DNA from: a virus
Reading direction: 5' to 3' (one strand)
Length of the DNA: 64,000 bases
Virus record (IMG/VR): IMGVR_UViG_3300017971_000278
Location: 8,248 to 72,247 of that record
Below are positions 22,401-31,506 of this stretch, piece after piece. Below the pieces are notes generated by a model. It worked only from the letters and a program-made list of their open reading frames with translations, was not told the DNA's origin and searched no databases. Position 1 is the stretch's first letter. The number at the start of each line of letters is the position of its first letter. A program made the translations under genes and the position numbers.

Positions 22401-23893
22401 ACACTCTTAGAAATAACTCCTTCTTCGGCAGCAAGCATTTGATTAAGTGCTCTGGACTGATAACCAATACCATATCCACTACGTGAAGGTTTTGCATAGA
22501 AAGTTGTTAATTGTGGTGCTGAATATGCCTGTCCAGACAATGGCGACTTGTCACCATACATAAATTGCTTATACATTGGACCTTGTATTTTTCTATCTAA
22601 CCTGTTGTAGTATTGTCCAAATAATCCTTTAAACCCTGTTGCTCTAGATTTTGCTTCTCCTGTAATTCCCCATTCTGGACGAACAAATTGTGTTGGTCTA
22701 TCACTTGGAGATGCAAATGCACCAAGTGGACCAAAAAGATCTTCAGCTAAGTTTCTTGTTGATAATGTGCCTTTGCTCGCTGCGCCAGGAGATGTAAAAG
22801 GATATAGACCTTTCCCAAAAAGATTAATGATATCGTCCTCTTCCATTGCTCCATACATAACAGCTTCTTGTGTTGTAAGTCTAGCTCTGGCCATTCCGCC
22901 AGAAGTCATATAAGGACTTGCCCATATTGCAGCAGCTCTATTGCCAGAGTCTCGCATATTCATATGATCAATAAGCCTTTGATTGGCATCTAAAACATTT
23001 TGTTTTAAATGTGCTTTTGTTTTCGACTGCTGTATGGCATCTATTAAACTTTCTTCGTACATTTCTGGGAAAGACATTTTTCTGCCAGTAACATCATACC
23101 CTTGTCTTGTCACATATCTTGTATTAAGGTTCTTACTACTGTATGTAACTCCAGTTTGTGCCAATGGCATAGCAGCTAATCTATCTTCACCAACTTGTCC
23201 AATCATCATAGGGGTACTTACAGGCTTCCCAGCAACAACATCATCTATATTTTGATACGACCATTCTATTGCTCCCTCAAGACCAAACGCATCGGCAGCT
23301 CTCTTTTGAATTCTAAGAGCATGTTCTCTAGCCTTTGCTGGTAATAAATTTATATCAGAAAAACCTTTACGAGCTGCGCCTCCAAAGCCACCTGGGGATA
23401 TAGCACTCATAACACTTTGTTCAGTAGATAATTTTTGTATATTTGCTTGAAAAGAACTTATGTCTCCAGAGTATTTTTGAACAGCAGCAAGTCCAGCTTT
23501 ATATGCGCCAAGAGCAGAAGTTTGTCTATTAATAGATGACATTGCACCCAGCGCTTGTTTATGTGTTAAAGCACCACCAGACATTAAAGATTGATATGTA
23601 GAAGCGTGGATGTTTGCTATTGATTCAACAGCACCAGCTCTTCTTTCAAAAGCAGATACACTAGCCTGTACCGCTTCGTCAAAAATATCAGCACCTGGCA
23701 TACTATTTTTAAGAGAATTAAAACCAGTAAGACTTTGTGACTGTGCAACTGTTTGGCCGATAATATCTGTATTTGCAGTGTTCCATGCTTCTTGAAAAAG
23801 TTTTTTGTTTTTTAAAAAAGCATATCCTGCGCCGCCAGTAAAGGCAGTTCCAGCAGCTAGATTCCAAGGCATATTTTTATCATCATCAAACAT
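19490..23893 (-). CDS. Putative virion-packaged single-chain two-barrel RNA polymerase (1467 aa)
   Basis: Ordered motifs: EEGVISKSV, VYLRERRKL..WKYFSEESK and GQPIEAVFS (beta-like barrel); RGKIIGS, IWRHPT and MKGDFDKDQF (beta'-like barrel); GYRKLSTAKTTTG and EEAAIGGKHG (bridge helix/trigger loop-like). Located between tape measure and hub. Confidence 0.75.
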   Translation of the reverse strand: MFDDDKNMPWNLAAGTAFTGGAGYAFLKNKKLFQEAWNTANTDIIGQTVAQSQSLTGFNSLKNSMPGADIFDEAVQASVSAFERRAGAVESIANIHASTYQSLMSGGALTHKQALGAMSSINRQTSALGAYKAGLAAVQKYSGDISSFQANIQKLSTEQSVMSAISPGGFGGAARKGFSDINLLPAKAREHALRIQKRAADAFGLEGAIEWSYQNIDDVVAGKPVSTPMMIGQVGEDRLAAMPLAQTGVTYSSKNLNTRYVTRQGYDVTGRKMSFPEMYEESLIDAIQQSKTKAHLKQNVLDANQRLIDHMNMRDSGNRAAAIWASPYMTSGGMARARLTTQEAVMYGAMEEDDIINLFGKGLYPFTSPGAASKGTLSTRNLAEDLFGPLGAFASPSDRPTQFVRPEWGITGEAKSRATGFKGLFGQYYNRLDRKIQGPMYKQFMYGDKSPLSGQAYSAPQLTTFYAKPSRSGYGIGYQSRALNQMLAAEEGVISKSVTGMMEYERIMQKKVALDKGFMVNQNLASSLEGKKIGETVPLNIGAKEGFVGIERGTGKDILTGLDSNAGVTAIGAELTGKNEANVYLRERRKLSSTEMWKYFSEESKYMASAADETKMRGVLKAAGMGDRVNIAGQPIEAVFSGKLVGRNKMALLTQQIEATSMFVAQKIQSGSMQPTPEVIAFLENPTAAMNVKQLVRSAGSSAHTQIQRNLVGLAKNWQFNRDEMQLTFGLMSRDTLSDFAKSGTLSWREAGHIARSPGVVGLTKGMLGDIATEGGSGKWGTFEPSGFRALSMKGEIGQRYAAELTTRIAGKGELAAADKMAATVLGQESLFDKLARQGRPLESFMSGDIAQSEGRYVKLGRKLGALGGSDVMYIPGTLEAPELMQAKMAKGELIDTPLVKELGGFRRAMRDAEMGKITTEQLEEAAAGLRTSVVQQAESQASARGKIIGSKYLTGQRKTFAKDPGVFRISSATGEDMFGDLISRAQADDQIQFLQQQREAFRKGESITGGIWRHPTSGPESFQFVNFKKDANMVDGMLAAPTKFGKISFQDSRVLDVDVSEMVGMKGDFDKDQFTLSLISDRRTSDQARRAMNKDIREGYTQYLFNHYAMKDMVEGNVSKGAGLDPMVEGYRKLSTAKTTTGEVNIALQKLKLGVQYSKAEQYRPMAELFWHLEEAAIGGKHGVLEGDFYKSITQAVDEGGEKGTARLEGVIKTIMGDKPRTITGTMTDASGRVTQHSLKYEPRKWAETAISSYDSVSKEIDTAMKANAASRGRHGGGIALEEAVRMFHSRRTGSVDVTKTMMQANAGNINKFTMRASRAVMRGQVKARSLLSAAGRAKKPLLAGLGVAAGIMLMAPSTAGVMRNPEGANSGRNVDFENPDYVGGHPMNPPSPGMNMSPKIYDMGGGRRTSHANIRMRTDDLNSSSDDLMRSARQLSNGGSVNIRTKDDRSILDANSLARKIHERL

Positions 23894-23896
23894 TTG

Positions 23897-26800
23897 TTAT
23901 GCTCCCACTCCCTTAATAGCTTTATCAATTAATTCTTTTCGACCGTCGTAAATCTGCACATTATATTTATCTTTACCTAAACTCCCACCTAGTTGAGATT
24001 GAGTAATTTCTGCTTTGTATTGGCTAAACATTTTACTAAGCGCTTTAGAGTTCTGAGCAACATTACTATATGTATTGTACTCAACATCATTTTCCATTTG
24101 TGATATTAACTGATTATTTATATATGGTTTATTAGCAAGGGATCTTTTACGTTTTTCCCACAAGTCAAAATCATGAAAATCTAATCCAGCGTTCTCTACA
24201 TATTTCAGTTTAACATCTTCTAGGTCAACAGATGGGTGCCATCCTAACCAATCGGCTCCGGGTAAAGAATGTGTGTCAAAATATTCAGCTGCTTTCTGTT
24301 CTCTGAGCCACTCATCAAAATCTTGATTACCACGAGTTTCTTGCTCCCATTGTTTTCTCATATCTGGTGAATAATCGTATCCTTCACCTGCACGCATTTT
24401 TGCAGTAGTCGCAATAATATCATTATCTTGTTCTGTTGCAATTTTAGCATCTCGTTTTGCGTAGGCAGCTTGTTCTTTCTGTCTCATCCATTGAGAATGA
24501 TACAGTCTCTTCTCGTTATCTGGAATTAATTCTAAGATTTGTTTTCTGTCTTTCTCGGTCTTAGCATTAAGGAATTCATTAAAGAAATCCTTTTCTCTCC
24601 TTGGTAAAGCCCTCATAACTTTTGCAGGACTTTGAAATACATCCACACCGAACACAGTAGATTCTTTACGCTTTTTAAATTCCTTTGCAGTATCCCTATC
24701 TCCAACTTCTCTAGCTTTTGCTTCTATTCTAGATGACTTAACCCATTTGAGCATATCGAAATATTCTTGTATATCTCTACGTTCTTGTACTTGTTCTGGG
24801 ATATCAGTAAAACCAAGTTTATATTTTGCCATATCTATGGCTGGAATAATAAAATTCTCTAATGGTTTATCCCAGAAAGAAGCACCTGTGCCAACTGCTT
24901 CTGTTGCAATATATTCTTCAATAGGAGATCTATGTCTAATTAATTTTGATGCAGGAGATACTGGTGTTAAATATTCTAACGGAGTCTCTATGCTATGTGT
25001 AATTTTTTCCCATATGCCGCCAGCCAAACGTTCTCTAAAAGAAAAATCAAGTTGTTGGAACTCGTCTTGTGCTTTTTCTGCTCGTGCAACACCAGCTTCT
25101 GCAGCCATAGAGCTATACGTTTTACCATCTAAAACAGCTGCTGCTTTCATTACAGGACCAGCTTTGCTTTTAGAATATCTTCTAGATTCTAATGATGGAG
25201 TTTGTATTGTAATATTTTGCCCAAGTAGATTTCTTTTAGCAAATTCCATGGCAGCAGCTTCGTCTTTTGTTTCACCCATACCAGGAATTTCAATGATCAT
25301 ATCACCAAATTCTTTTGTACGAAACTGAGTCGGAGAAATGATATCAGATACAGTGACATTATATTGCTGCAACTGCTCTTCTTGAAACTTATAATCTACA
25401 AATGTTCTACGTTGTTTTTTCTCTCTTACTTGTCTTTCTGTTTCAAGTACTAGTTGTTTTTCAGCAGAACTCATGTTTTTAAGATTACGTTTTGCTTCAG
25501 ACATTGCAGATCTATATTCATTACTATACATTGCTATGTCACCAAGTATTTTTACTCTGTGTGCCAAAGGATACTCTTCTGGAGACAACCCAGCAACATC
25601 CCTATGTAGTGCTGCATAACCAGCACCAGGAAGACGTATTTCTGCTTCTGGTATTTTATCAAATGGATTACCATGCTTAAGATCAATAAAATAATCATCT
25701 GGCATCCACGATGGCATAGTATTTCTCAATGGATTATACGTATCAAGATAACTTCTTGTGCGCGGAATAAATCTTCTTATTGCTTCTGTTGTTCCTGCGC
25801 CGCCACCAATGTTTAAATGCTTCCAAAGCCAATACTCAGCACCAGTTTCTTTCCCCATAACACCTAATGTTTTTTGATTAGGTAAAAACTCTTCTCTTCC
25901 AATTACTTTTTTAGTTATTGCACCTTCCATAAATCCAACAAGACCGACAGCTTCTCTACGCCTGTAGTTTAGTTCATTTATTAAAGTTGCAGGACTATCC
26001 GGATCTACTGGGTCACCAGGACCTATTCCACCAAGAGCCTTAGATATTTTTTCTTCTCCACGTGTGTCTAGGCGATGTACGTATCCGCCACCGGGACGTT
26101 TCCATTCTTCTGGTCTAATTTCTTTACGAGGCTTAAAAAGTTTACCAAATGTTGAAGCAATAAGAGGACCTATAAACGGTATTTCATCACCATAAGTACC
26201 AGTCATTGGTGCTGGTCGTTCATATTTGTATTTCTCTTCGTAATGATATTTCCATTCGTCAGAACCAAACATTGCTTTAAGTGGATGTAGCATAGGATCA
26301 TAATCCCACTTCTCTTGCTCGTCTCCATATAAACCTTTTTGATATGCTCTAGTTCTTAAACGTGCTGCAAAGTGCGGTCTAAAATATTCAATGCGTCCAC
26401 CTTCGTATCCAGTCGATCGGCCAAATTCCCACCATCGCCCTTTACGTACAGCAACTTCTTTCTCTCCAGAATATATAGCCTCTAACTCTTCTGGAGAGTC
26501 AGTTGTGCCTAATATTCCAGCAAGCAGCGCACTAGGTCTACCAGATAATGTACTAAGGCCAAGTGCAGTTATTCCATATGCTGCTATACCTGCTGTAAAC
26601 CCAAGAGCCATTGGATTTTTTATTTTAGCAAGATGCTTAAGGCCAGGTGTTTTTAACATCTTCTGCCCAATTCTAGAAGACCACATTTTATCTAGAACTT
26701 TACCAGGACCTTTTTCTCTCATATGCTCAAATACCTGAGCAAGAGGTTTCCCGGTTTTTATGCTTTCTGCAATAGATACACCAGCGAATGAAGAGTAACT

Positions 26801-28069
26801 TGCTAATCCACTGGCAAGCGCACCCACTCCACCAAAACCTAATGCAGTTTTCATTGATATTAAGCCAGGTGTTATTTGTTCTTGTTCGCGCAAGGTTTCA
26901 GTAAACCCAAGCCCCCTAGATAATTTAGCCCTAGCAACACTTATATCAGTACCAACAGATACAACACCAGACAATATACCTTCATCAAATCTAGGCGCTA
27001 CTCCAGCAACTAATCCTGCGGCAGCACCAATCGCAAGACCAGTAGTAGAGAATTTCATACCAGCTTGTCGGCCAAGTATTGCACCTAACCCAGCGCCTCC
27101 TGCTGTAGATAAAGCAGCGGCCCAAGGTGAACCTTCAGATCTTAAATAATCTGTATATTCTATACCCTTCCATACTGCTCCAGCCAACATAGCCTTACCT
27201 GTATACCTGCCAAGAAATTGTAATGCAGTACCAGGTTTAACAGCCAAACTTCTCATTCCAGGTATTTTCTCTACATACTTACCAATACCAGGAATCTCTA
27301 GTGGTGATCTTAATAAGATATTCAGACGACTTGCAGTAGATGCAGCTTTTGCTCTAAGCAACTTACCTGTTGTTTCTGCACGGGCTACATTTTTAGCCAT
27401 GCCTTCAGACAGGGCAATGTCTTTACCAAGCACACGAACCTTCTCGCGCAAACGAGAACCAATAATCAATCTCTGTCGTCTAAGGTGTGGCTCTATTCTG
27501 TCAATCCATTCACTGTAAGGAAGTGGAGATTTGGATTGTTTCCATCTATTGCGAAGGATAGCATCATTTAAAGACTCGTATTGTGATAATTGCACTCCTT
27601 GTATACGAGCATAGAAGTCTGCAATAGCTGCGCCCTTTTGGGTTCCAGCTTCAATATTAAGACCCATTCCAAGAAGCTTGCCGTTGGTATCACGCACTTC
27701 TCCAAAAATAGAGCCGGTTCTTGTTAATGAATACCCTTTGGCTTGGCCGAAAGAAGCCTTAAGGTGTTTACCGTAAACACCTGATCTTATATCAGCAGGA
27801 TATGCACTAACTGTACTCCAACTTTCAAGTGGTGATAAAAATTCAGATGTACGAAATGTACGTAGAACTCCCCCAGGAGACCCTGCTTCTACTGCGCGGA
27901 TAGTAGATAAATACTTATCCCATACTCTTCCGGTGCTTGTTGAAATAAATCCAGACGCAGCAACACCTGCAGAAGATGCTGCTAGAATAGCTAAGTTCTG
28001 TTGACGCTCACTAATACTCTCTTCGGGTACTTTTGGGCGCGTATCAAATCCAATAAGTGGATTAACCAA
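23897..28069 (-). CDS. Tape-measure-like / ejection protein with a degenerate SNase-like domain (1390 aa)
   Basis: TTG start with a GGAGG SD; several Gly/Ala-rich hydrophobic helices; directly follows the tail chaperones. Confidence 0.6.
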   Translation of the reverse strand: MVNPLIGFDTRPKVPEESISERQQNLAILAASSAGVAASGFISTSTGRVWDKYLSTIRAVEAGSPGGVLRTFRTSEFLSPLESWSTVSAYPADIRSGVYGKHLKASFGQAKGYSLTRTGSIFGEVRDTNGKLLGMGLNIEAGTQKGAAIADFYARIQGVQLSQYESLNDAILRNRWKQSKSPLPYSEWIDRIEPHLRRQRLIIGSRLREKVRVLGKDIALSEGMAKNVARAETTGKLLRAKAASTASRLNILLRSPLEIPGIGKYVEKIPGMRSLAVKPGTALQFLGRYTGKAMLAGAVWKGIEYTDYLRSEGSPWAAALSTAGGAGLGAILGRQAGMKFSTTGLAIGAAAGLVAGVAPRFDEGILSGVVSVGTDISVARAKLSRGLGFTETLREQEQITPGLISMKTALGFGGVGALASGLASYSSFAGVSIAESIKTGKPLAQVFEHMREKGPGKVLDKMWSSRIGQKMLKTPGLKHLAKIKNPMALGFTAGIAAYGITALGLSTLSGRPSALLAGILGTTDSPEELEAIYSGEKEVAVRKGRWWEFGRSTGYEGGRIEYFRPHFAARLRTRAYQKGLYGDEQEKWDYDPMLHPLKAMFGSDEWKYHYEEKYKYERPAPMTGTYGDEIPFIGPLIASTFGKLFKPRKEIRPEEWKRPGGGYVHRLDTRGEEKISKALGGIGPGDPVDPDSPATLINELNYRRREAVGLVGFMEGAITKKVIGREEFLPNQKTLGVMGKETGAEYWLWKHLNIGGGAGTTEAIRRFIPRTRSYLDTYNPLRNTMPSWMPDDYFIDLKHGNPFDKIPEAEIRLPGAGYAALHRDVAGLSPEEYPLAHRVKILGDIAMYSNEYRSAMSEAKRNLKNMSSAEKQLVLETERQVREKKQRRTFVDYKFQEEQLQQYNVTVSDIISPTQFRTKEFGDMIIEIPGMGETKDEAAAMEFAKRNLLGQNITIQTPSLESRRYSKSKAGPVMKAAAVLDGKTYSSMAAEAGVARAEKAQDEFQQLDFSFRERLAGGIWEKITHSIETPLEYLTPVSPASKLIRHRSPIEEYIATEAVGTGASFWDKPLENFIIPAIDMAKYKLGFTDIPEQVQERRDIQEYFDMLKWVKSSRIEAKAREVGDRDTAKEFKKRKESTVFGVDVFQSPAKVMRALPRREKDFFNEFLNAKTEKDRKQILELIPDNEKRLYHSQWMRQKEQAAYAKRDAKIATEQDNDIIATTAKMRAGEGYDYSPDMRKQWEQETRGNQDFDEWLREQKAAEYFDTHSLPGADWLGWHPSVDLEDVKLKYVENAGLDFHDFDLWEKRKRSLANKPYINNQLISQMENDVEYNTYSNVAQNSKALSKMFSQYKAEITQSQLGGSLGKDKYNVQIYDGRKELIDKAIKGVGA

Positions 28070-28074
28070 AACAC

Positions 28075-28755
28075 TTAGCCTCCTCTTTTCATCTTTTGTC
28101 TAAAAGCAAACTCTTCCATCTTTGCTTTATATGCAGGATCTTCAGTAAGTCTAGGTCCTTGTTCATCATGATCAAACATACGATAATCTTTAGCGTCTTG
28201 TTTAATAACATCTTCGACTCTAAATGGCTTAACAACTTCTGGTTCTTTGAATTTTAAGCCTTCTTCTATTATACCGTTATCTAACATGACTTTCTCTGCC
28301 TGTATATATATCTGTATTAATTGTTGGAAATTTAAATCTTCTAAATCAGACATCTTATACCCGCCGAATACGCTACATATAGAACGCTTAACAATAGATA
28401 TTATACTTTCTGTTTGAGACCTATAAACTTCCATTAAAGAATTTGTATAATCTTTAAAGTCTTGGTCTGCACCAGACATATATAATATTGTTTTTGCTAT
28501 TGTTTCTGGGATACCAGCTTTAATTTCAGTGTCGTGCACAGCCATATATTCATCAACAACAAAGTTTTGAAAAATATGTTCATATACTAATGACTGGAGG
28601 CTATAGTTATCTTCGGCGAAACCAAGTATTTGAGCGTACTGTGAAGCTTGTCTAAAAGACGGTAGGCGAAAGATTACTTCTGTACCGTCTAAATCAACAG
28701 CGAACAAATCATTGTTGATTGTTTTTACCGCCTCAAGTGCGTCAATAAGGCTCAT
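28075..28755 (-). CDS. Tail assembly chaperone-like protein (226 aa)
   Basis: DLFAVDLDGTEVIFRLPSFRQ resembles the upstream chaperone core; located before the tape measure. Confidence 0.55.
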   Translation of the reverse strand: MSLIDALEAVKTINNDLFAVDLDGTEVIFRLPSFRQASQYAQILGFAEDNYSLQSLVYEHIFQNFVVDEYMAVHDTEIKAGIPETIAKTILYMSGADQDFKDYTNSLMEVYRSQTESIISIVKRSICSVFGGYKMSDLEDLNFQQLIQIYIQAEKVMLDNGIIEEGLKFKEPEVVKPFRVEDVIKQDAKDYRMFDHDEQGPRLTEDPAYKAKMEEFAFRQKMKRGG

Positions 28756-28757
28756 TA

Positions 28758-29588
28758 TTACAGCTTAATCGTAATGCTTGCCACTGCAGATGCATCAAGA
28801 AACAAAGACTGAATCTTTACTTGTTCTGCGATAAGAGGAGCAGCTCCAGCAGGTAATCCACCTTGAGTAGTAGCTGAAAATGCTGGCCACAATGTACATT
28901 TTGTAGCAAGAAAATCTTCTCGCTTGTCTTCTGACATATTATTCCACTGCTCATTAGCCAACAATTGTTTCCACTCTTGTCTCTTAAGGTACCTATACAG
29001 AAATACGCGTTCATCAATCCTTAAAACGAATACGTTTCCATGCATTGCTTTCCATTGCTTCAAATGTTGCAAAGTAGGCGCATTCGCCCCAAACAATTCT
29101 TTAAGAGTATCAGCAACAGACTGCATCATCTCTTCAGGAGTAGGAGGTTTTTCTTCCTCTTTACTCTCTTCTTTGGGTTGTTCTTCTTGAACTGGTGCAG
29201 GTGGCTGTACCTGGGGGGCTGGGATAGCCGGTACTGCGTCTTGTGTAATTGGTTCAAGCGGAGGTGTACCCAACTCAGGTTGGTCCATTTGAACGGCATC
29301 TAGAGCGTTCTTGATCATGTTCTCTTTTTCTGGCATTGGTGGTAATTCTCCTTTTTGTTGTTGATCATTTTTAAGTGCTTCTGCAAAACTTCCATCAATA
29401 ATATTATTTGCTTCTAATGTTTGCATTTCTTCATTAAGATCAAACTTAACAGTCTTTGGTCCATAGACAGCTTCATTAAGTTCTTTAGTCTCTGGGTTGT
29501 AACCCATCTGCGCCATCTTACCGGCTTGAGACAACTCTTCGCCGTATCTAGCCGCTACTTGCGGCTTCAAAGGTCTTTTAACTCCCAT
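28758..29588 (-). CDS. Tail assembly chaperone (276 aa, Pro/Glu-rich N-terminal half)
   Basis: LKQWKAMHGNVFVLRIDERVFLYRYLKRQEW...KCTLWP pattern typical of myophage tail chaperones. Confidence 0.65.
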   Translation of the reverse strand: MGVKRPLKPQVAARYGEELSQAGKMAQMGYNPETKELNEAVYGPKTVKFDLNEEMQTLEANNIIDGSFAEALKNDQQQKGELPPMPEKENMIKNALDAVQMDQPELGTPPLEPITQDAVPAIPAPQVQPPAPVQEEQPKEESKEEEKPPTPEEMMQSVADTLKELFGANAPTLQHLKQWKAMHGNVFVLRIDERVFLYRYLKRQEWKQLLANEQWNNMSEDKREDFLATKCTLWPAFSATTQGGLPAGAAPLIAEQVKIQSLFLDASAVASITIKL

Positions 29589-29604
29589 TTGTTTTCTCCT
29601 TGTT

Positions 29605-30522
29605 TTATACTAGGTTTCTTCCAATAAAACTATACGTTTCAAAAATTGGCTGACCTGAAACCTCTATTGTTTGAGTTTGGCCAGTAAAGGATAGTTCTAA
29701 AATTTTCTTTACGGTATGATTTGCTGGTTGGCGGGACATATCACCGTAAACTATCCAAACATCCATTGGTGGATATTGGTCTGCACGTCTATGACTAAAA
29801 ACTTGTTCATCTGATATTGCATCTTGCCAAGGTAGATTTTTAGAAAATAGTTTATCGCGCACTGTTGGGTTGGCTTTATCAGAACCATACCATATTGCAT
29901 CTTCAAAAGCTTCTGCCCAGTCCTCAAATGCATTATCTGGTAACGCACCTAATTCTTTCCAGAATCTATTGAAACTTTTATTTTGTCTGTTGTTATCAGC
30001 GCTTTGTTGCCAATCAAACATCTGCTCTACATTTGCCTCCAGTACCCTTTTATTACTAGCTGCTTTTGCAGCTGCTGTCAAGGTATTTCCTGCTTTTGTA
30101 GTGTCATAGTAATTGACTTTATTGCCATTAGAATCTAAAGAGTATCTTGGAGAGGTCCATATTTCATTATGTGCCTTATTCCAATCTTCTTCTGTTTGTA
30201 TACGGCTGCTACTAATGTTAGCTACTTTCTCTTGAAACCTTTGCATTGGCCATAACAAATAACCTGCTTCTTTAAAAGCTATTGTGAGTGTGCCTTGAAC
30301 TATGACATGTCCGTCAGCAACAAAACTATAATATTGACTTGAGTAACCATATACTGGAGTTTTAGTTTGACCAACACTAAAATTTATAGCTGCGGCGCTA
30401 TCAATTAAAACATCGCCCATCATGATACCGATCTGAGAACCAGAGTACCAGTCGTACTCATAGGCGTTATTACCTATATTATTAGGTGTAATAAAATTAC
30501 CGTTTTGATCTCTTAGTGGCAT
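29605..30522 (-). CDS. Tail tube-like protein (tube initiator paralogue, 305 aa)
   Basis: YSGSQI...QTKTPVYGY...GHVIVQGTLTIAF and DQYPPMDV align with the adjacent tube paralogues. Confidence 0.65.
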   Translation of the reverse strand: MPLRDQNGNFITPNNIGNNAYEYDWYSGSQIGIMMGDVLIDSAAAINFSVGQTKTPVYGYSSQYYSFVADGHVIVQGTLTIAFKEAGYLLWPMQRFQEKVANISSSRIQTEEDWNKAHNEIWTSPRYSLDSNGNKVNYYDTTKAGNTLTAAAKAASNKRVLEANVEQMFDWQQSADNNRQNKSFNRFWKELGALPDNAFEDWAEAFEDAIWYGSDKANPTVRDKLFSKNLPWQDAISDEQVFSHRRADQYPPMDVWIVYGDMSRQPANHTVKKILELSFTGQTQTIEVSGQPIFETYSFIGRNLV

Positions 30523-31445
30523 TATATAAACTGATTCCTTCTATATATGTGATTGTTAAGAAAGTTTTTATGTCTTGATAACTTATCTGCAGTCATTGTC
30601 CACTCTTCTTTTATACCTTGACCGTCAATTGCACGCTTGTCAACAATTCGCATAGGATCTAAATCCCTTGCTACATACTGTACTACATTTTCAGAAAAAA
30701 TGTCTTCAATTGAAAAAGTGGAACCTTCTGATACAAACTCAACGCCCCATATTCCCATATGTGATAAAGCGCCATATTCATTTGCAAAAACCAAACTTAT
30801 ATCAAGAGGTGGCAACTGATCAGGTAAATTAGTTGTGTAAGTATATTTATCATGATCACTAGTGCCTGTATTATAAAATTTAAGATTAAGAGCTAATATT
30901 TCATGTAGTACATGTTGGTGGAAAACGGTAAAAATCATACTACCAGCAATTGTTCTTGGACCGCGAGTATAGGCTCTAGGATAAACAGACCCCAGTGTTC
31001 TAACTGGAGCTTTATCTCTATGTATTTGCCAGGAAATAGTTTGTAGTTCTGCGAGCACTTTAGATGTAGGTATTTTAGAAAGCTGTTCTAACTCTTCCTC
31101 CATGTTTGTTAAAGACGTGCTGTATTGTTCTAAGTTTTCTTGTAGTATTGCAACAGTATTAGTTTTGTTTGCATATTCTTGGCTGGCCATAATACGATCA
31201 AGTTCTGCAGCAGATTCATTAAAAAGCCTTTGGTCTTCCGCTATATTACTTTTTATCATATCTAAAAAAGCTTTATCTGGATGCGGATAATGAACCACTA
31301 CTTTTATATCCGCACCGGAGAAACTACCAAACCCAAGGTAGTCAGATACATTAGCATAAGACGCAACCTCATCAGGATCGCCTGCAATTTTTAATGCTTG
31401 AGTGGGTGGTATGATAGTACCAGCTTTGGTTCCAATATTCGCCAT
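30522..31445 (-). CDS. Tail tube-like paralogue with a coiled-coil insertion (307 aa)
   Basis: SFSGADI, RDKAPVRTLG...RGPRTIAGSMIF and DQLPPLDI...ANEYG are shared with 31507-32178. Confidence 0.7.
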   Translation of the reverse strand: MANIGTKAGTIIPPTQALKIAGDPDEVASYANVSDYLGFGSFSGADIKVVVHYPHPDKAFLDMIKSNIAEDQRLFNESAAELDRIMASQEYANKTNTVAILQENLEQYSTSLTNMEEELEQLSKIPTSKVLAELQTISWQIHRDKAPVRTLGSVYPRAYTRGPRTIAGSMIFTVFHQHVLHEILALNLKFYNTGTSDHDKYTYTTNLPDQLPPLDISLVFANEYGALSHMGIWGVEFVSEGSTFSIEDIFSENVVQYVARDLDPMRIVDKRAIDGQGIKEEWTMTADKLSRHKNFLNNHIYRRNQFI

Positions 31446-31460
31446 ATCTATTCCTAACTG

Positions 31461-31491
31461 ATAAAGAAAGGGCTAGATCTCTCTAGCCCTT
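31461..31491 (-). terminator. Rho-independent terminator after the tail tube gene
   Basis: AAGGGCTAG-agagat-CTAGCCCTT hairpin running into TTTCTTTAT on the minus strand. Confidence 0.85.
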
Positions 31492-31506
31492 ATATTAGGT
31501 GTGTGA

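Noticed and set aside
28075-29588. Programmed frameshift between the tail chaperones (lambda G/GT type)
   Set aside because: The second gene has its own ATG after TAATA, and I saw no slippery heptamer at the end of the first gene.
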